This document shows, in pieces, positions 25,937 to 32,934 of a stretch of 32,934 nt of DNA. The DNA comes from an uncultured Eubacteriales bacterium. Its GTDB lineage: Bacteria > Bacillota > Clostridia > Oscillospirales > Acutalibacteraceae. Each line of letters begins with the position of its first letter. Position 1 is the stretch's first letter. A program made the position numbers and the translations under genes. The DNA is taken from contig CAKUME010000001.1 of assembly GCA_934667575.1 (NCBI GenBank), positions 1 to 32,934 of the forward strand. The letters run 5' to 3'. The notes under the pieces are model-generated. The model was not told the origin of the DNA and searched no databases. It saw only the letters and a program-made list of their open reading frames with translations.

Positions 25937-27759
25937 CAGCCCTGCACCTCCTCTGCCGCAACCTCCGCCGCCTGCGCGTTGCGGTCCATTTGCGAATAAT
26001 AAATTTCCTGATACTCCGTGTTGTGCGCGAGCAGCTCCGCGTGAGTGCCCACGCCGGTGATCCGCCCTTCGTTGAGCACCACGATCTGGTCGGCTTCCTG
26101 CACCGACGAAATGCGCTGCGCAATAATGATCTTGGTCGTGTTGGGCAAGCTCGCCCGCAGCGCCGCGCGAATGTGCCGCTCGGTGGCGGTATCGACCGCG
26201 CTGGTGGAATCGTCCAAAATGAGGATCTTGGGTTGCTTGAGCAGCGCCCGCGCAATGCACAGCCGCTGCTTTTGGCCGCCGGACACATTGGTGCCACCCT
26301 GTTCGAGCACGGTGTCGTAGCCGTTCGGGAACGACGAAACAAACCCGTCGGCCTGCGCCTGCTGCGCCGCCGCCCGCAGCTGCTCGTCGGTGGCCTGCTC
26401 GTTGCCCCAGCGCAGGTTATCGGCAATGGTGCCCGAAAACAGCACGTTCTTTTGCAGCACCATGCCCACGCCCTCGCGCAAATTCCACAGGCTGTAGCGC
26501 TTCACGTTCACGCCGTCCACCAGCACCTCGCCCGCGTCGGCGTCATACAGCCGCGGGATCAGTGACACCAGCGTGGTTTTGCCCGATCCGGTCGAGCCGA
26601 TGATGCCCACCGTCTGCCCGGCCGGAATGTGCAGGCTCAGGTCGCGGATCACCGCATCGGCGCTGTTTTTGTAGTAGCGGAACGTCACGTTGCGGAACTC
26701 GACCTCGCCGCGCGTCACCCGGCGCGCCGCATCCTCGGCCGAAAGCTCCTCGTCGGTAATGTCCAGCCGCTCGTCGAGCACCGCGCGAATGCGCCGCGCC
26801 GACGCCGTGGAGCGCGACATGTTCACGAGCATCATCGTGACCATCAGCAGCGACGACAGGATCTGGGTGATATAGGTGACAAACGCGGTCAGATCACCGG
26901 TGGACATGGTGCCGTTCACCAGCATGCGCCCGCCAAAATAGAGCACCGCCAGCGTGGTCGCGTTCATAAAGAACGTCATCACCGGCGACAGGCAGATCAT
27001 CAGGTTCATCGCGCTCAGCCCGGCGCGCTTGAGGTTGCCGTTGGCGGTGGAAAACTTCTGCTTTTCGCGCTCCTCGCGCACAAACGACTTCACCACGCGA
27101 ATGTTCGTCAGATCCTCCTGCACGGTGGAGTTCAGCGCGTCGATTTTGGTTTGCATCGCCGAAAACCGCGGAAAGCCCTTGGTGATAAAAATCGCCAGCG
27201 CGCCGAGCAGCAGCGGCAGCGTGACCGCGAGCGTAACGGTGAGCGACGGGTTCAGCGCGATCGCCATAATGATGCCGCCAATCAGCATGCCGGGCGCGCG
27301 CAGGCACATGCGCAGCAGCATGTTGATAAAATTCTGCATCTGCGTCACGTCGTTGGTCGGGCGCGTGACCAGCGAGCCGGTGCTGAAGCGGTCGATGTTG
27401 GCAAACGAAAACTTCTGCACCTTGCGATACACGTCCGCGCGCAGGTCGGCCGCAAAATTCACCGACGCCTTTGCGCCGAAATACGCGCCGCCCACGCCGC
27501 CGAGCATCATCAGCAGCGCGGTGACGATCATGCCCGCCATCACCGTGACGATGAACGGCGACGCGCCGCCCACCAGCCGATAAAGCTGCTGAATGGCCCC
27601 CGGCGCCGCGCTCAGCTCCTTTTGCCCCGTGCCGTAGTCGATGATCATCGAAAGCAGCTTGGGCATGAGCACCTCGCCCACCACCTCCACGATCATGCAG
27701 ATCGGGCCGATGATGAAATACGGCAAATAGGGCTTGACATATTTCCCCCACTTGTTCAA
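25936..27759 (-). CDS. ABC exporter subunit (TMD-NBD half transporter), degenerate-site partner
   Basis: The TTG start at 27759 (MNKWGKYVKPYLPYF...) follows GGGGGGA. Walker A is GSTGSGKTT and the signature VSGGQ is canonical. Walker B reads ILILDDS (Asp replaces the catalytic Glu, codon 26209-26211). The H-loop reads IAQR (Gln replaces His, codon 26116-26118). Confidence 0.9.
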   Translation of the reverse strand: MNKWGKYVKPYLPYFIIGPICMIVEVVGEVLMPKLLSMIIDYGTGQKELSAAPGAIQQLYRLVGGASPFIVTVMAGMIVTALLMMLGGVGGAYFGAKASVNFAADLRADVYRKVQKFSFANIDRFSTGSLVTRPTNDVTQMQNFINMLLRMCLRAPGMLIGGIIMAIALNPSLTVTLAVTLPLLLGALAIFITKGFPRFSAMQTKIDALNSTVQEDLTNIRVVKSFVREEREKQKFSTANGNLKRAGLSAMNLMICLSPVMTFFMNATTLAVLYFGGRMLVNGTMSTGDLTAFVTYITQILSSLLMVTMMLVNMSRSTASARRIRAVLDERLDITDEELSAEDAARRVTRGEVEFRNVTFRYYKNSADAVIRDLSLHIPAGQTVGIIGSTGSGKTTLVSLIPRLYDADAGEVLVDGVNVKRYSLWNLREGVGMVLQKNVLFSGTIADNLRWGNEQATDEQLRAAAQQAQADGFVSSFPNGYDTVLEQGGTNVSGGQKQRLCIARALLKQPKILILDDSTSAVDTATERHIRAALRASLPNTTKIIIAQRISSVQEADQIVVLNEGRITGVGTHAELLAHNTEYQEIYYSQMDRNAQAAEVAAEEVQG

Positions 27760-27782
27760 GCGGATCCCCCCGTTTCAAATTA

Positions 27783-27811
27783 GTTCACCGGTTAATATTT
27801 AACTCGTGAAC
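27783..27811. promoter_or_regulatory. 29-bp imperfect palindrome at the start of the ABC operon transcript (candidate operator)
   Basis: The sequence is GTTCAC-cgg-TTAATATTTAA-ctc-GTGAAC. The outer hexamers are exact reverse complements. It sits immediately downstream of the -10 element. Confidence 0.35.
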
Positions 27812-27812
27812 T

Positions 27813-27841
27813 ATTTTAGCACAGCGCAGGAAAAATGTCAA
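27813..27841 (-). promoter_or_regulatory. Putative promoter of the ABC exporter operon
   Basis: Minus strand TTGACA (27841-27836), 17 nt, TAAAAT (27818-27813). Confidence 0.55.
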
Positions 27842-27861
27842 TGCCTTTTGCAATTTTGCGC

Positions 27862-27894
27862 AAAAAAACCGGGGGTGCCTGCCCCCGGTTTTTT
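27862..27894. terminator. Bidirectional intrinsic terminator after the MATE gene
   Basis: The hairpin CCGGGGG-tgcctg-CCCCCGG (27869-27888) is flanked by an A7 run (27862-27868) and a T6 run (27889-27894). Confidence 0.8.
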
Positions 27895-27941
27895 CAGCGG
27901 CTGCCAGACCTGCCCGCAGCCCTGCGGCCCGCGGCTCCGGT

Positions 27942-29312
27942 TCACGCCGAAGCCGCCGCCGGCCCCTCCGCAGGCACCAGCCTGCCCTGCTTTTTTAGGA
28001 TCAGCACCGCTGCCGTGAACCCGATCGACGACATCACCCACGCGATGGGGCTCGACAAATTCGCGCCCACTGCGCCGGTGTGCGCGATCAGCCACAGCCC
28101 CGCAAAAATGTACACCGACGTTTCGCACAGGCCGCCCACGATCGACGCCGTGCCGTGGCCGGTGCCGTAGAGCGTGCAGCGCATCGTGTTCAGAATGGCG
28201 ATCAGCGGATAAGCCAGCACCAGCGTGATCGCATATTCCGCCGCCATCGGCAGCAGCTCGGCGCGGTTGGTGAAGCAGGCCGACACCGGGCGCGCGAGCG
28301 GAAACACCAGCGCGATGGACAGCGCCGAATACGCCAGGCACACCAGCAGCGACAGCTTCACCCCCGCGCGCAGCCGGTCGCGCCGCCCCGCGCCCAAATT
28401 TTGGCCGCAGTACACCGTGAGCACCGTGCCCCACAGCGTGATGGGCGCCATCAACCAGCTCGTCAGCTGCCCCGAGGCCGACACCGCGGCCATGTAGTCG
28501 GTGCCCAAATATTCGTTCACGCCCGCCTGCCGCACCACGCCGCCCAGATTGATGAGCACCGTTTGCAGCCCCACCGGCAGCCCGATGGCCAAAATTCGCT
28601 TCATCAGCGCCGCGCTCGGCCGCACCCGCCCACGCACAAAGTGCAGATGCGCCGTGTGGCCGCGCATCCAGCCCCAGCACACCGCGCAGTTGGTGAACGT
28701 GGTGGCCGCCGACGCCGCGAGCACGCCCATCAGCCCCCACCGCAGCAGCGCCACAAACAGCAGCACATAGCCGATTTGGAACACAATATTCAGCACGTTA
28801 AAAAACATGACCGCCGCGCCGTTGCCCTCTGCGTTGAACACCGTGGTGAGCACCTGATACAAATAGGTGAGCACATAGTAGCTCAGCGTGACCATGGCAT
28901 AGCGCACGCTCATCTCAAAAATGTCGTCGGGCGTTTTCATCGCGTGCAGCAGCGGCCGCATGCAGGCCATCAGTCCGCCGCCCACCAGCGCCGCCGCGCC
29001 GCACACCACCGCCAGGCCGCTTGCAATGCCGCGTTCGGCCTCGGCCGGGTCGTCGGAGCCAAAGCACTTGCTCAGCATCACCTGAAGCCCCACCACCAGG
29101 CCGTTCAAAATGGCCGCCGCCACCGCGATCGGCTGCGCCACCGCGCTGCTCGCCGCCAGCGCGTCGGAGCCGATCACCTTGCCCAAAATGAACGTGTTCA
29201 CCGCGCTGCCCACGATCGAAACGATCTGCCCGGCCAGCAGCGGCAGAAAAAAAGCCCCCATGCCCAAAAAAATCGACCCTTCGGTGAGGGAACGTCGATG
29301 CGCCCGATGCAT
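27942..29312 (-). CDS. MATE family efflux transporter
   Basis: ORF 27942..29510 trimmed to ATG 29312 (MHRAHRRSLTEGSIFLGMGAFFLPLLAGQIV...), 8 nt after AGGAGG. It is 456 aa with a roughly 12-TM bipartite hydrophobic layout typical of MATE/NorM-like exporters. Confidence 0.85.
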   Translation of the reverse strand: MHRAHRRSLTEGSIFLGMGAFFLPLLAGQIVSIVGSAVNTFILGKVIGSDALAASSAVAQPIAVAAAILNGLVVGLQVMLSKCFGSDDPAEAERGIASGLAVVCGAAALVGGGLMACMRPLLHAMKTPDDIFEMSVRYAMVTLSYYVLTYLYQVLTTVFNAEGNGAAVMFFNVLNIVFQIGYVLLFVALLRWGLMGVLAASAATTFTNCAVCWGWMRGHTAHLHFVRGRVRPSAALMKRILAIGLPVGLQTVLINLGGVVRQAGVNEYLGTDYMAAVSASGQLTSWLMAPITLWGTVLTVYCGQNLGAGRRDRLRAGVKLSLLVCLAYSALSIALVFPLARPVSACFTNRAELLPMAAEYAITLVLAYPLIAILNTMRCTLYGTGHGTASIVGGLCETSVYIFAGLWLIAHTGAVGANLSSPIAWVMSSIGFTAAVLILKKQGRLVPAEGPAAASA

Positions 29313-29346
29313 CCGCAGCGCCTCCTTGCTTCGTTTTCTGCACAGT

Positions 29347-29375
29347 ATTATAGCGTTCGCCGCGCAAAAAAGCAA
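29347..29375 (-). promoter_or_regulatory. Putative MATE gene promoter
   Basis: Minus strand TTGCTT (29375-29370), 17 nt, TATAAT (29352-29347). Confidence 0.45.
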
Positions 29376-29417
29376 GTCATTCCCCGCACAATATATAGCC
29401 ATTTTTCTCACGCGCGC

Positions 29418-29446
29418 TTGATTTTTTGCCCGCCGCGTGCTATACT
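29418..29446 (+). promoter_or_regulatory. Putative promoter of the second AraC gene
   Basis: TTGATT (29418-29423), 17 nt, TATACT (29441-29446), with an extended -10 TGc. Confidence 0.5.
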
Positions 29447-29536
29447 CAAACACAGAACGCGCGGCCGGCCGCATCCCGCGCCGAACCGCGCCGTGCCCGC
29501 CCATTTTCACTGTTCGCCCGAAAGGAGCGCTGCCCC

Positions 29537-30370
29537 ATGCCCGCTTTGCCCGTTCGGCAGATAGCCGACCTGCTGCCCGCCGCCGATTTTACCGCGCAGG
29601 ACATTCGCTGTGTGGCCTGCCCGGTGCACATCAATCTCGAAATGGAATTTGTGCTCGTGCTCGCGGGCGAGGTGGTCACCTGCATTCGCGGCGCCGCCCA
29701 CCGCCTGCACGCGGGCGAGGCCGCATTCATCCTCCCGTTTGAAACGCACGACTTCGCCTCGCAGGGCGACAGCCGGTGCATTGTGCTGGCGTTTTCGCAG
29801 CGGCTGCTCCCCGCGCTTCAGGAATTTTTTGACACGCGCAGCCCGTGCAGCCGCACCTTTTGCGTGCCGCCCGCGCTGTGCGACTGGATCGTGCACGCGC
29901 TGCCTGCTCCCGGCGCCGCCGCCGCGCCGCTCGAGGCCGCGGGGCTCGTTGCGCCGCTGTGCGCGCTCATGAGCCGCCGGTGCACGTTTGCGCCCGCGCC
30001 CGCCCACACCAACGACCTCTTTTTGGACGCGCTCACGCTCATCGACCGCGAATTTGCCGCCGATCTCACGCTGGCGCGCGCCGCCGCCGCACTCGGCGTG
30101 ACCGACAAAAAGCTCAGCCGCGTGTTCCACCGAGAGGCGGGCGTCTGCTTTTCGGATTACCTGGCGCTGCGCCGCCTTTCCGAGGCGGGCGACCTGCTGC
30201 GCGCGGGCGGCCGCACCGCCGCCGAAATCGCGTTTGCGGTGGGCTTTCGCTCGGTGCGCACCTTTAACCGCGCGTTCCGCAAGCACTACGGCGTCACCCC
30301 CACCGCCTTTGCCGCAGCGCCCGCCGCGGCGCTGCCGTTCAACGCGCTGCGGGGCGGGAACCGCGCATAA
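29537..30370 (+). CDS. AraC family transcriptional regulator (cupin-like N-terminus plus HTH)
   Basis: ORF trimmed to ATG 29537 (MPALPVRQIADLL...), 9 nt after AAAGGAG. The C-terminal AraC HTH pair reads ...LTLARAAAALGVTDKKLSRVFHREAG...AAEIAFAVGFRSVRTFNRAFRKHYGVTPTAF. Confidence 0.85.
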   Translation: MPALPVRQIADLLPAADFTAQDIRCVACPVHINLEMEFVLVLAGEVVTCIRGAAHRLHAGEAAFILPFETHDFASQGDSRCIVLAFSQRLLPALQEFFDTRSPCSRTFCVPPALCDWIVHALPAPGAAAAPLEAAGLVAPLCALMSRRCTFAPAPAHTNDLFLDALTLIDREFAADLTLARAAAALGVTDKKLSRVFHREAGVCFSDYLALRRLSEAGDLLRAGGRTAAEIAFAVGFRSVRTFNRAFRKHYGVTPTAFAAAPAAALPFNALRGGNRA

Positions 30371-30371
30371 C

Positions 30372-32153
30372 TCACCGAAAATCGAACGAGAACACGGTCG
30401 TTTGGGCGGTGCCGCCCCAGTTTTCGCGCGGGATCAGCGTCAGCCGACGCACCGGCGCGTGCACCGGCACGTCGTAGGCGCGCCGGCGGTTGTCGGTTTC
30501 GTCGAGCAGGCGCGCCGTGCGGCCGTCGGCATATTCCGCCTCGAGCACGAACGACCGGCACAGCGTGGCGGGCAGATGCATCTGCGGCGCGTCGAGCGGC
30601 ACGTTGGCGCGCGTGGGGTGATATTTTTCACACCAGTCGCCCGGCAGCGTGACGCGGTTGAGGTCGCTGTCGAACACCACATGCACCGCCGCCACCGGCT
30701 CCGGCTGCGCAAAGCGATATTCCGCCGCCTGCCCATTGGGCACCGCCCGGCCGCAGGCTTCGTTGCCGTAAATCGCGTGCACGCGGTCAATGCCGTCGCG
30801 CAGCGCGCCGTGGACCGTGCAGGCCGCATCGGCACAGCGCGGCGACCGGTCGCGCGTGAAGCCCGGTAAAAAGCAGTCGTCGTTGAGCAGGGTCTGCTGC
30901 AGCTCGTGCAGCGCCGACGCATACACCCCGTGCGGCGTCAGCCCGCGCCGCGCCGCAATGGCCGCCGCCGTGCCCACCGCCTGACCGAACAGCCCGCAGG
31001 TGAGCATCACGCGCGCGCTGCTCAGCGCCATGTGCGTCACGCTGATGTTGCGCCCCGCGAAGAACAGGTTTTCCACGTTGCGGGAATACAGCGCGCGATA
31101 CGGCATCGGATAGGGCACGGGCGTGTGATAGTTCGTGTTCGGATGGCCGGGGTGCCAGAATCCGCCCGGGTAGTGGTCGTCGAGCGGCCAGCCGCCGTAG
31201 GCCACCGTGTCGGGATAGGTCCTGCCCGCCGAAATGTCGCGCTGCGTCACGAGGTATTCGCCCATCATCCGGCGCGACTCGCGCTTGCCCGGCAAAAAAC
31301 CGAGAAAATCCAGATCCCAATTGGCGGCGGCGTATCGGCCGCTGTTTTTGATATAGTCCCAAGTGCCGAGCGCAAGCGGAATCAGCTCCGCCGCGATCTT
31401 TTCGGTGTCGTGAATCGAGTCGCGGTCGCCGCCCAGCTCCAAATACCAATAATTTTCGCCCGAATTGCGCAGGCTGCCCGGGCGGCGGCCCAAATCGGTG
31501 TGCAGCAGGTCGGTGCGCCATGCGGGCGGCGTAAACGCGACCGGCCGGTCGGTTTCGCGCGCCTGAATCAGGCAGCTCATGCCCATCGTTTGGCGGTCCT
31601 GCGCCGCCGTGGTGGTCACCTCGTCAAACTCGGCCGCCGCTTCGCGCCCCACGCGGCATTCCGCCCCCGTGAGCGGCGCCAGAATGCTGTCGCCCGAGCA
31701 GTCCGCAAACAGCCCGGCCTCCACCGTGACCATGGTTTGGGTGGTCATCTGATAGCCGGTCACGCTGCGAATGCGCACGGTGCGGCCGTTGGCAAACGCG
31801 CCCTGCTCCGTGGCCGCGTCCATGCAGGCGCAGTTGAGCAGCAGCGTGAGGTTCGGCTCGCGCCGCGCAAAGTCATAGAGCACCGTGTCCCAAATATAAT
31901 AATTCTTAGTGGGGTTGCGATAGAGGTTTTCGAGCGCGAGCTCCTCCACAATGCCCGTTTCGCGGTTGTTTTCGCCCTGCGCGCCGCACACCCACATGCG
32001 AATTTCGGACGACGCGTTGCCGCCCAGCACCGGCCGCTCGTGCATTAGCACCGTTTTTGCGCCGTGGCGCGCCGCCGCAATGGCCGCGCACAGCCCCGCA
32101 ATGCCGCCGCCCACCACGCAAAAGTCTGCCCGAATGGTTTGTTTTTCCAGCAT
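30372..32153 (-). CDS. FAD-dependent oxidoreductase of unknown specificity (593 aa)
   Basis: ORF 30372..32522 trimmed to ATG 32153 so that the dinucleotide-binding motif sits at the N-terminus (MLEKQTIRADFCVVGGGIAGLCAAIAAARHGAKTVLMHERPVLGGN). The SD AAAGGA is rather distant at 13 nt. I recognise no motif in the C-terminal region of about 170 aa. Confidence 0.8.
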   Translation of the reverse strand: MLEKQTIRADFCVVGGGIAGLCAAIAAARHGAKTVLMHERPVLGGNASSEIRMWVCGAQGENNRETGIVEELALENLYRNPTKNYYIWDTVLYDFARREPNLTLLLNCACMDAATEQGAFANGRTVRIRSVTGYQMTTQTMVTVEAGLFADCSGDSILAPLTGAECRVGREAAAEFDEVTTTAAQDRQTMGMSCLIQARETDRPVAFTPPAWRTDLLHTDLGRRPGSLRNSGENYWYLELGGDRDSIHDTEKIAAELIPLALGTWDYIKNSGRYAAANWDLDFLGFLPGKRESRRMMGEYLVTQRDISAGRTYPDTVAYGGWPLDDHYPGGFWHPGHPNTNYHTPVPYPMPYRALYSRNVENLFFAGRNISVTHMALSSARVMLTCGLFGQAVGTAAAIAARRGLTPHGVYASALHELQQTLLNDDCFLPGFTRDRSPRCADAACTVHGALRDGIDRVHAIYGNEACGRAVPNGQAAEYRFAQPEPVAAVHVVFDSDLNRVTLPGDWCEKYHPTRANVPLDAPQMHLPATLCRSFVLEAEYADGRTARLLDETDNRRRAYDVPVHAPVRRLTLIPRENWGGTAQTTVFSFDFR

Positions 32154-32280
32154 AAGTTCCGAACCGTCCTTTCGTGCCCGGCAATTTTTCCGGGCGTCTG
32201 CTTCGATTATAGCGCGCCGAGCCGCCGTTTTCCTGTAATTTTGTGCACGAAATCCGGAAAAATGTGCTGCGCCGTTTGGC

Positions 32281-32309
32281 TTGACATTTCGGCCGATATT
32301 TGATATAAT
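32281..32309 (+). promoter_or_regulatory. Consensus promoter of mntP
   Basis: TTGACA (32281-32286), 17 nt, TATAAT (32304-32309). It leaves only about a 50-nt leader. Confidence 0.6.
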
Positions 32310-32367
32310 TATAAAATTATCTATCACAACGCTGCGGCCGCGCCCGCACGCGAAAGGAATGAGCACA

Positions 32368-32931
32368 ATGGGCCTTTGGGAATTATTCATTCTGGCGGTC
32401 GGCCTCTCGATGGACGCATTTGCGGTGTCGGTATGTAAGGGTCTGGCGATGAAGCGCATCAACTGGAAAAAAATGCTCATCGTCAGCCTGTGGTTCGGTG
32501 GATTCCAGGCACTGATGCCCATCGTCGGCTATCTGCTCGGCGCGCAGTTCAGCGACCGCATTACGAGCATCGACCACTGGATCGCGTTTGTGCTGCTCGC
32601 GGCCATCGGCGCCAACATGATCAAGGAAGCGCTTTCCAAGGACGAAGAAAAGTGCGACGATTCGCTCGGCTTCCGCACCATGCTCGTGCTGGCCATTGCC
32701 ACCAGCATCGACGCGCTCGCGGTGGGCGTCACGTTTGCGTTCCTCAATGTGAACCTCGGCTTTGCCGTCACGTTCATCGGCGTGACCACGTTCGTGATCT
32801 CCGCCGTGGGCGTGAAGGTGGGCAACGTGTTCGGTGCACGCTACAAATCCAAAGCCGAGCTGGCGGGCGGCATCATTCTCATCCTGCTCGGGCTCAAAAT
32901 TTTGCTGGAGCATTTGGGCGTGTTCGGATAA
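32368..32931 (+). CDS. mntP: Manganese efflux pump MntP
   Basis: ORF trimmed to ATG 32368 ([22 protein letters not shown]...), 9 nt after AAGGA. It has two internal repeats with SMDAFAVS and SIDALAVG and is about 187 aa, typical of the MntP/DUF204 family. Confidence 0.9.
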   Translation: MGLWELFILAVGLSMDAFAVSVCKGLAMKRINWKKMLIVSLWFGGFQALMPIVGYLLGAQFSDRITSIDHWIAFVLLAAIGANMIKEALSKDEEKCDDSLGFRTMLVLAIATSIDALAVGVTFAFLNVNLGFAVTFIGVTTFVISAVGVKVGNVFGARYKSKAELAGGIILILLGLKILLEHLGVFG

Positions 32932-32934
32932 CGG

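Noticed and set aside
32154-32367. yybP-ykoY manganese riboswitch upstream of mntP.
   Set aside because: The leader after the consensus promoter is only about 50 nt, and no GGGGAGUAG-type conserved block is present. The UUGACAU match is simply the -35 hexamer.
30372-32522. ORF-track N-terminal extensions: 30372..32522, 17017..18921, 24047..26260, 11288..12265, 20086..21033, 27942..29510, 4905..6206 and 13524..14951.
   Set aside because: The extensions are Arg/Pro-rich and overlap upstream genes or promoters. They would also displace N-terminal motifs such as GxGxxG, signal/TM segments and Walker regions. In each case an internal start is preceded by a GGAGG-type SD and gives the family-typical length.

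Overview
This is a GC-rich chromosomal segment with strong G/C third-codon bias. It carries Gram-positive-style signals: GGAGG-type Shine-Dalgarno sites, near-consensus TTGACA-17-TATAAT promoters and lipobox lipoproteins. Gene content suggests a Clostridia-class Firmicute, but that is inference only.

I support 30 protein-coding genes. 29 are complete and 1 is cut by the window start and missing from the ORF track. 24 lie on the minus strand and 6 on the plus strand. Many ORF-track entries are antisense shadows or carry false N-terminal extensions, so I trimmed starts to SD-preceded codons.

Gene content, left to right:
- acyl-CoA ligase (partial) and an orphan E2-like acyltransferase
- fsa/transaldolase and pyrG
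- glnA plus an ANTAR pseudo-receiver regulator
- an unknown lipoprotein
- a nucleoside hydrolase-like gene with a divergent AraC regulator
- a LOG-family protein, an aminotransferase, and a C_GCAxxG_C_C gene followed by cobB
- a DeoR-MFS module convergent with a PfkB kinase
- a monocistronic mini P-loop protein
- a contiguous seven-gene pstS-pstC-pstA-pstB-phoU-phoP-phoR block
- a heterodimeric ABC exporter pair, a MATE exporter, an AraC regulator convergent with a large FAD-dependent oxidoreductase, and mntP

I saw no rRNA, tRNA, CRISPR array, transposase, integrase or phage gene, and no recognisable defence island. The window reads as ordinary core or accessory-metabolic chromosome.

The leads most likely to hide undescribed biology are regulatory or small-protein ones:
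- the glnA leader hairpin plus a non-phosphorylatable ANTAR protein
- an E2-like acyltransferase with DERxxDG in place of DHRxxDG, next to an acyl-CoA ligase
- the orphan 143-aa P-loop protein and the split 21-nt inverted repeat in the intergenic region just upstream
- an 11-nt motif shared by the deoR and MFS 5' regions
- an unassigned 200-bp operon tail after the ABC genes

All functional calls come from motif recognition by eye. No database search was run.
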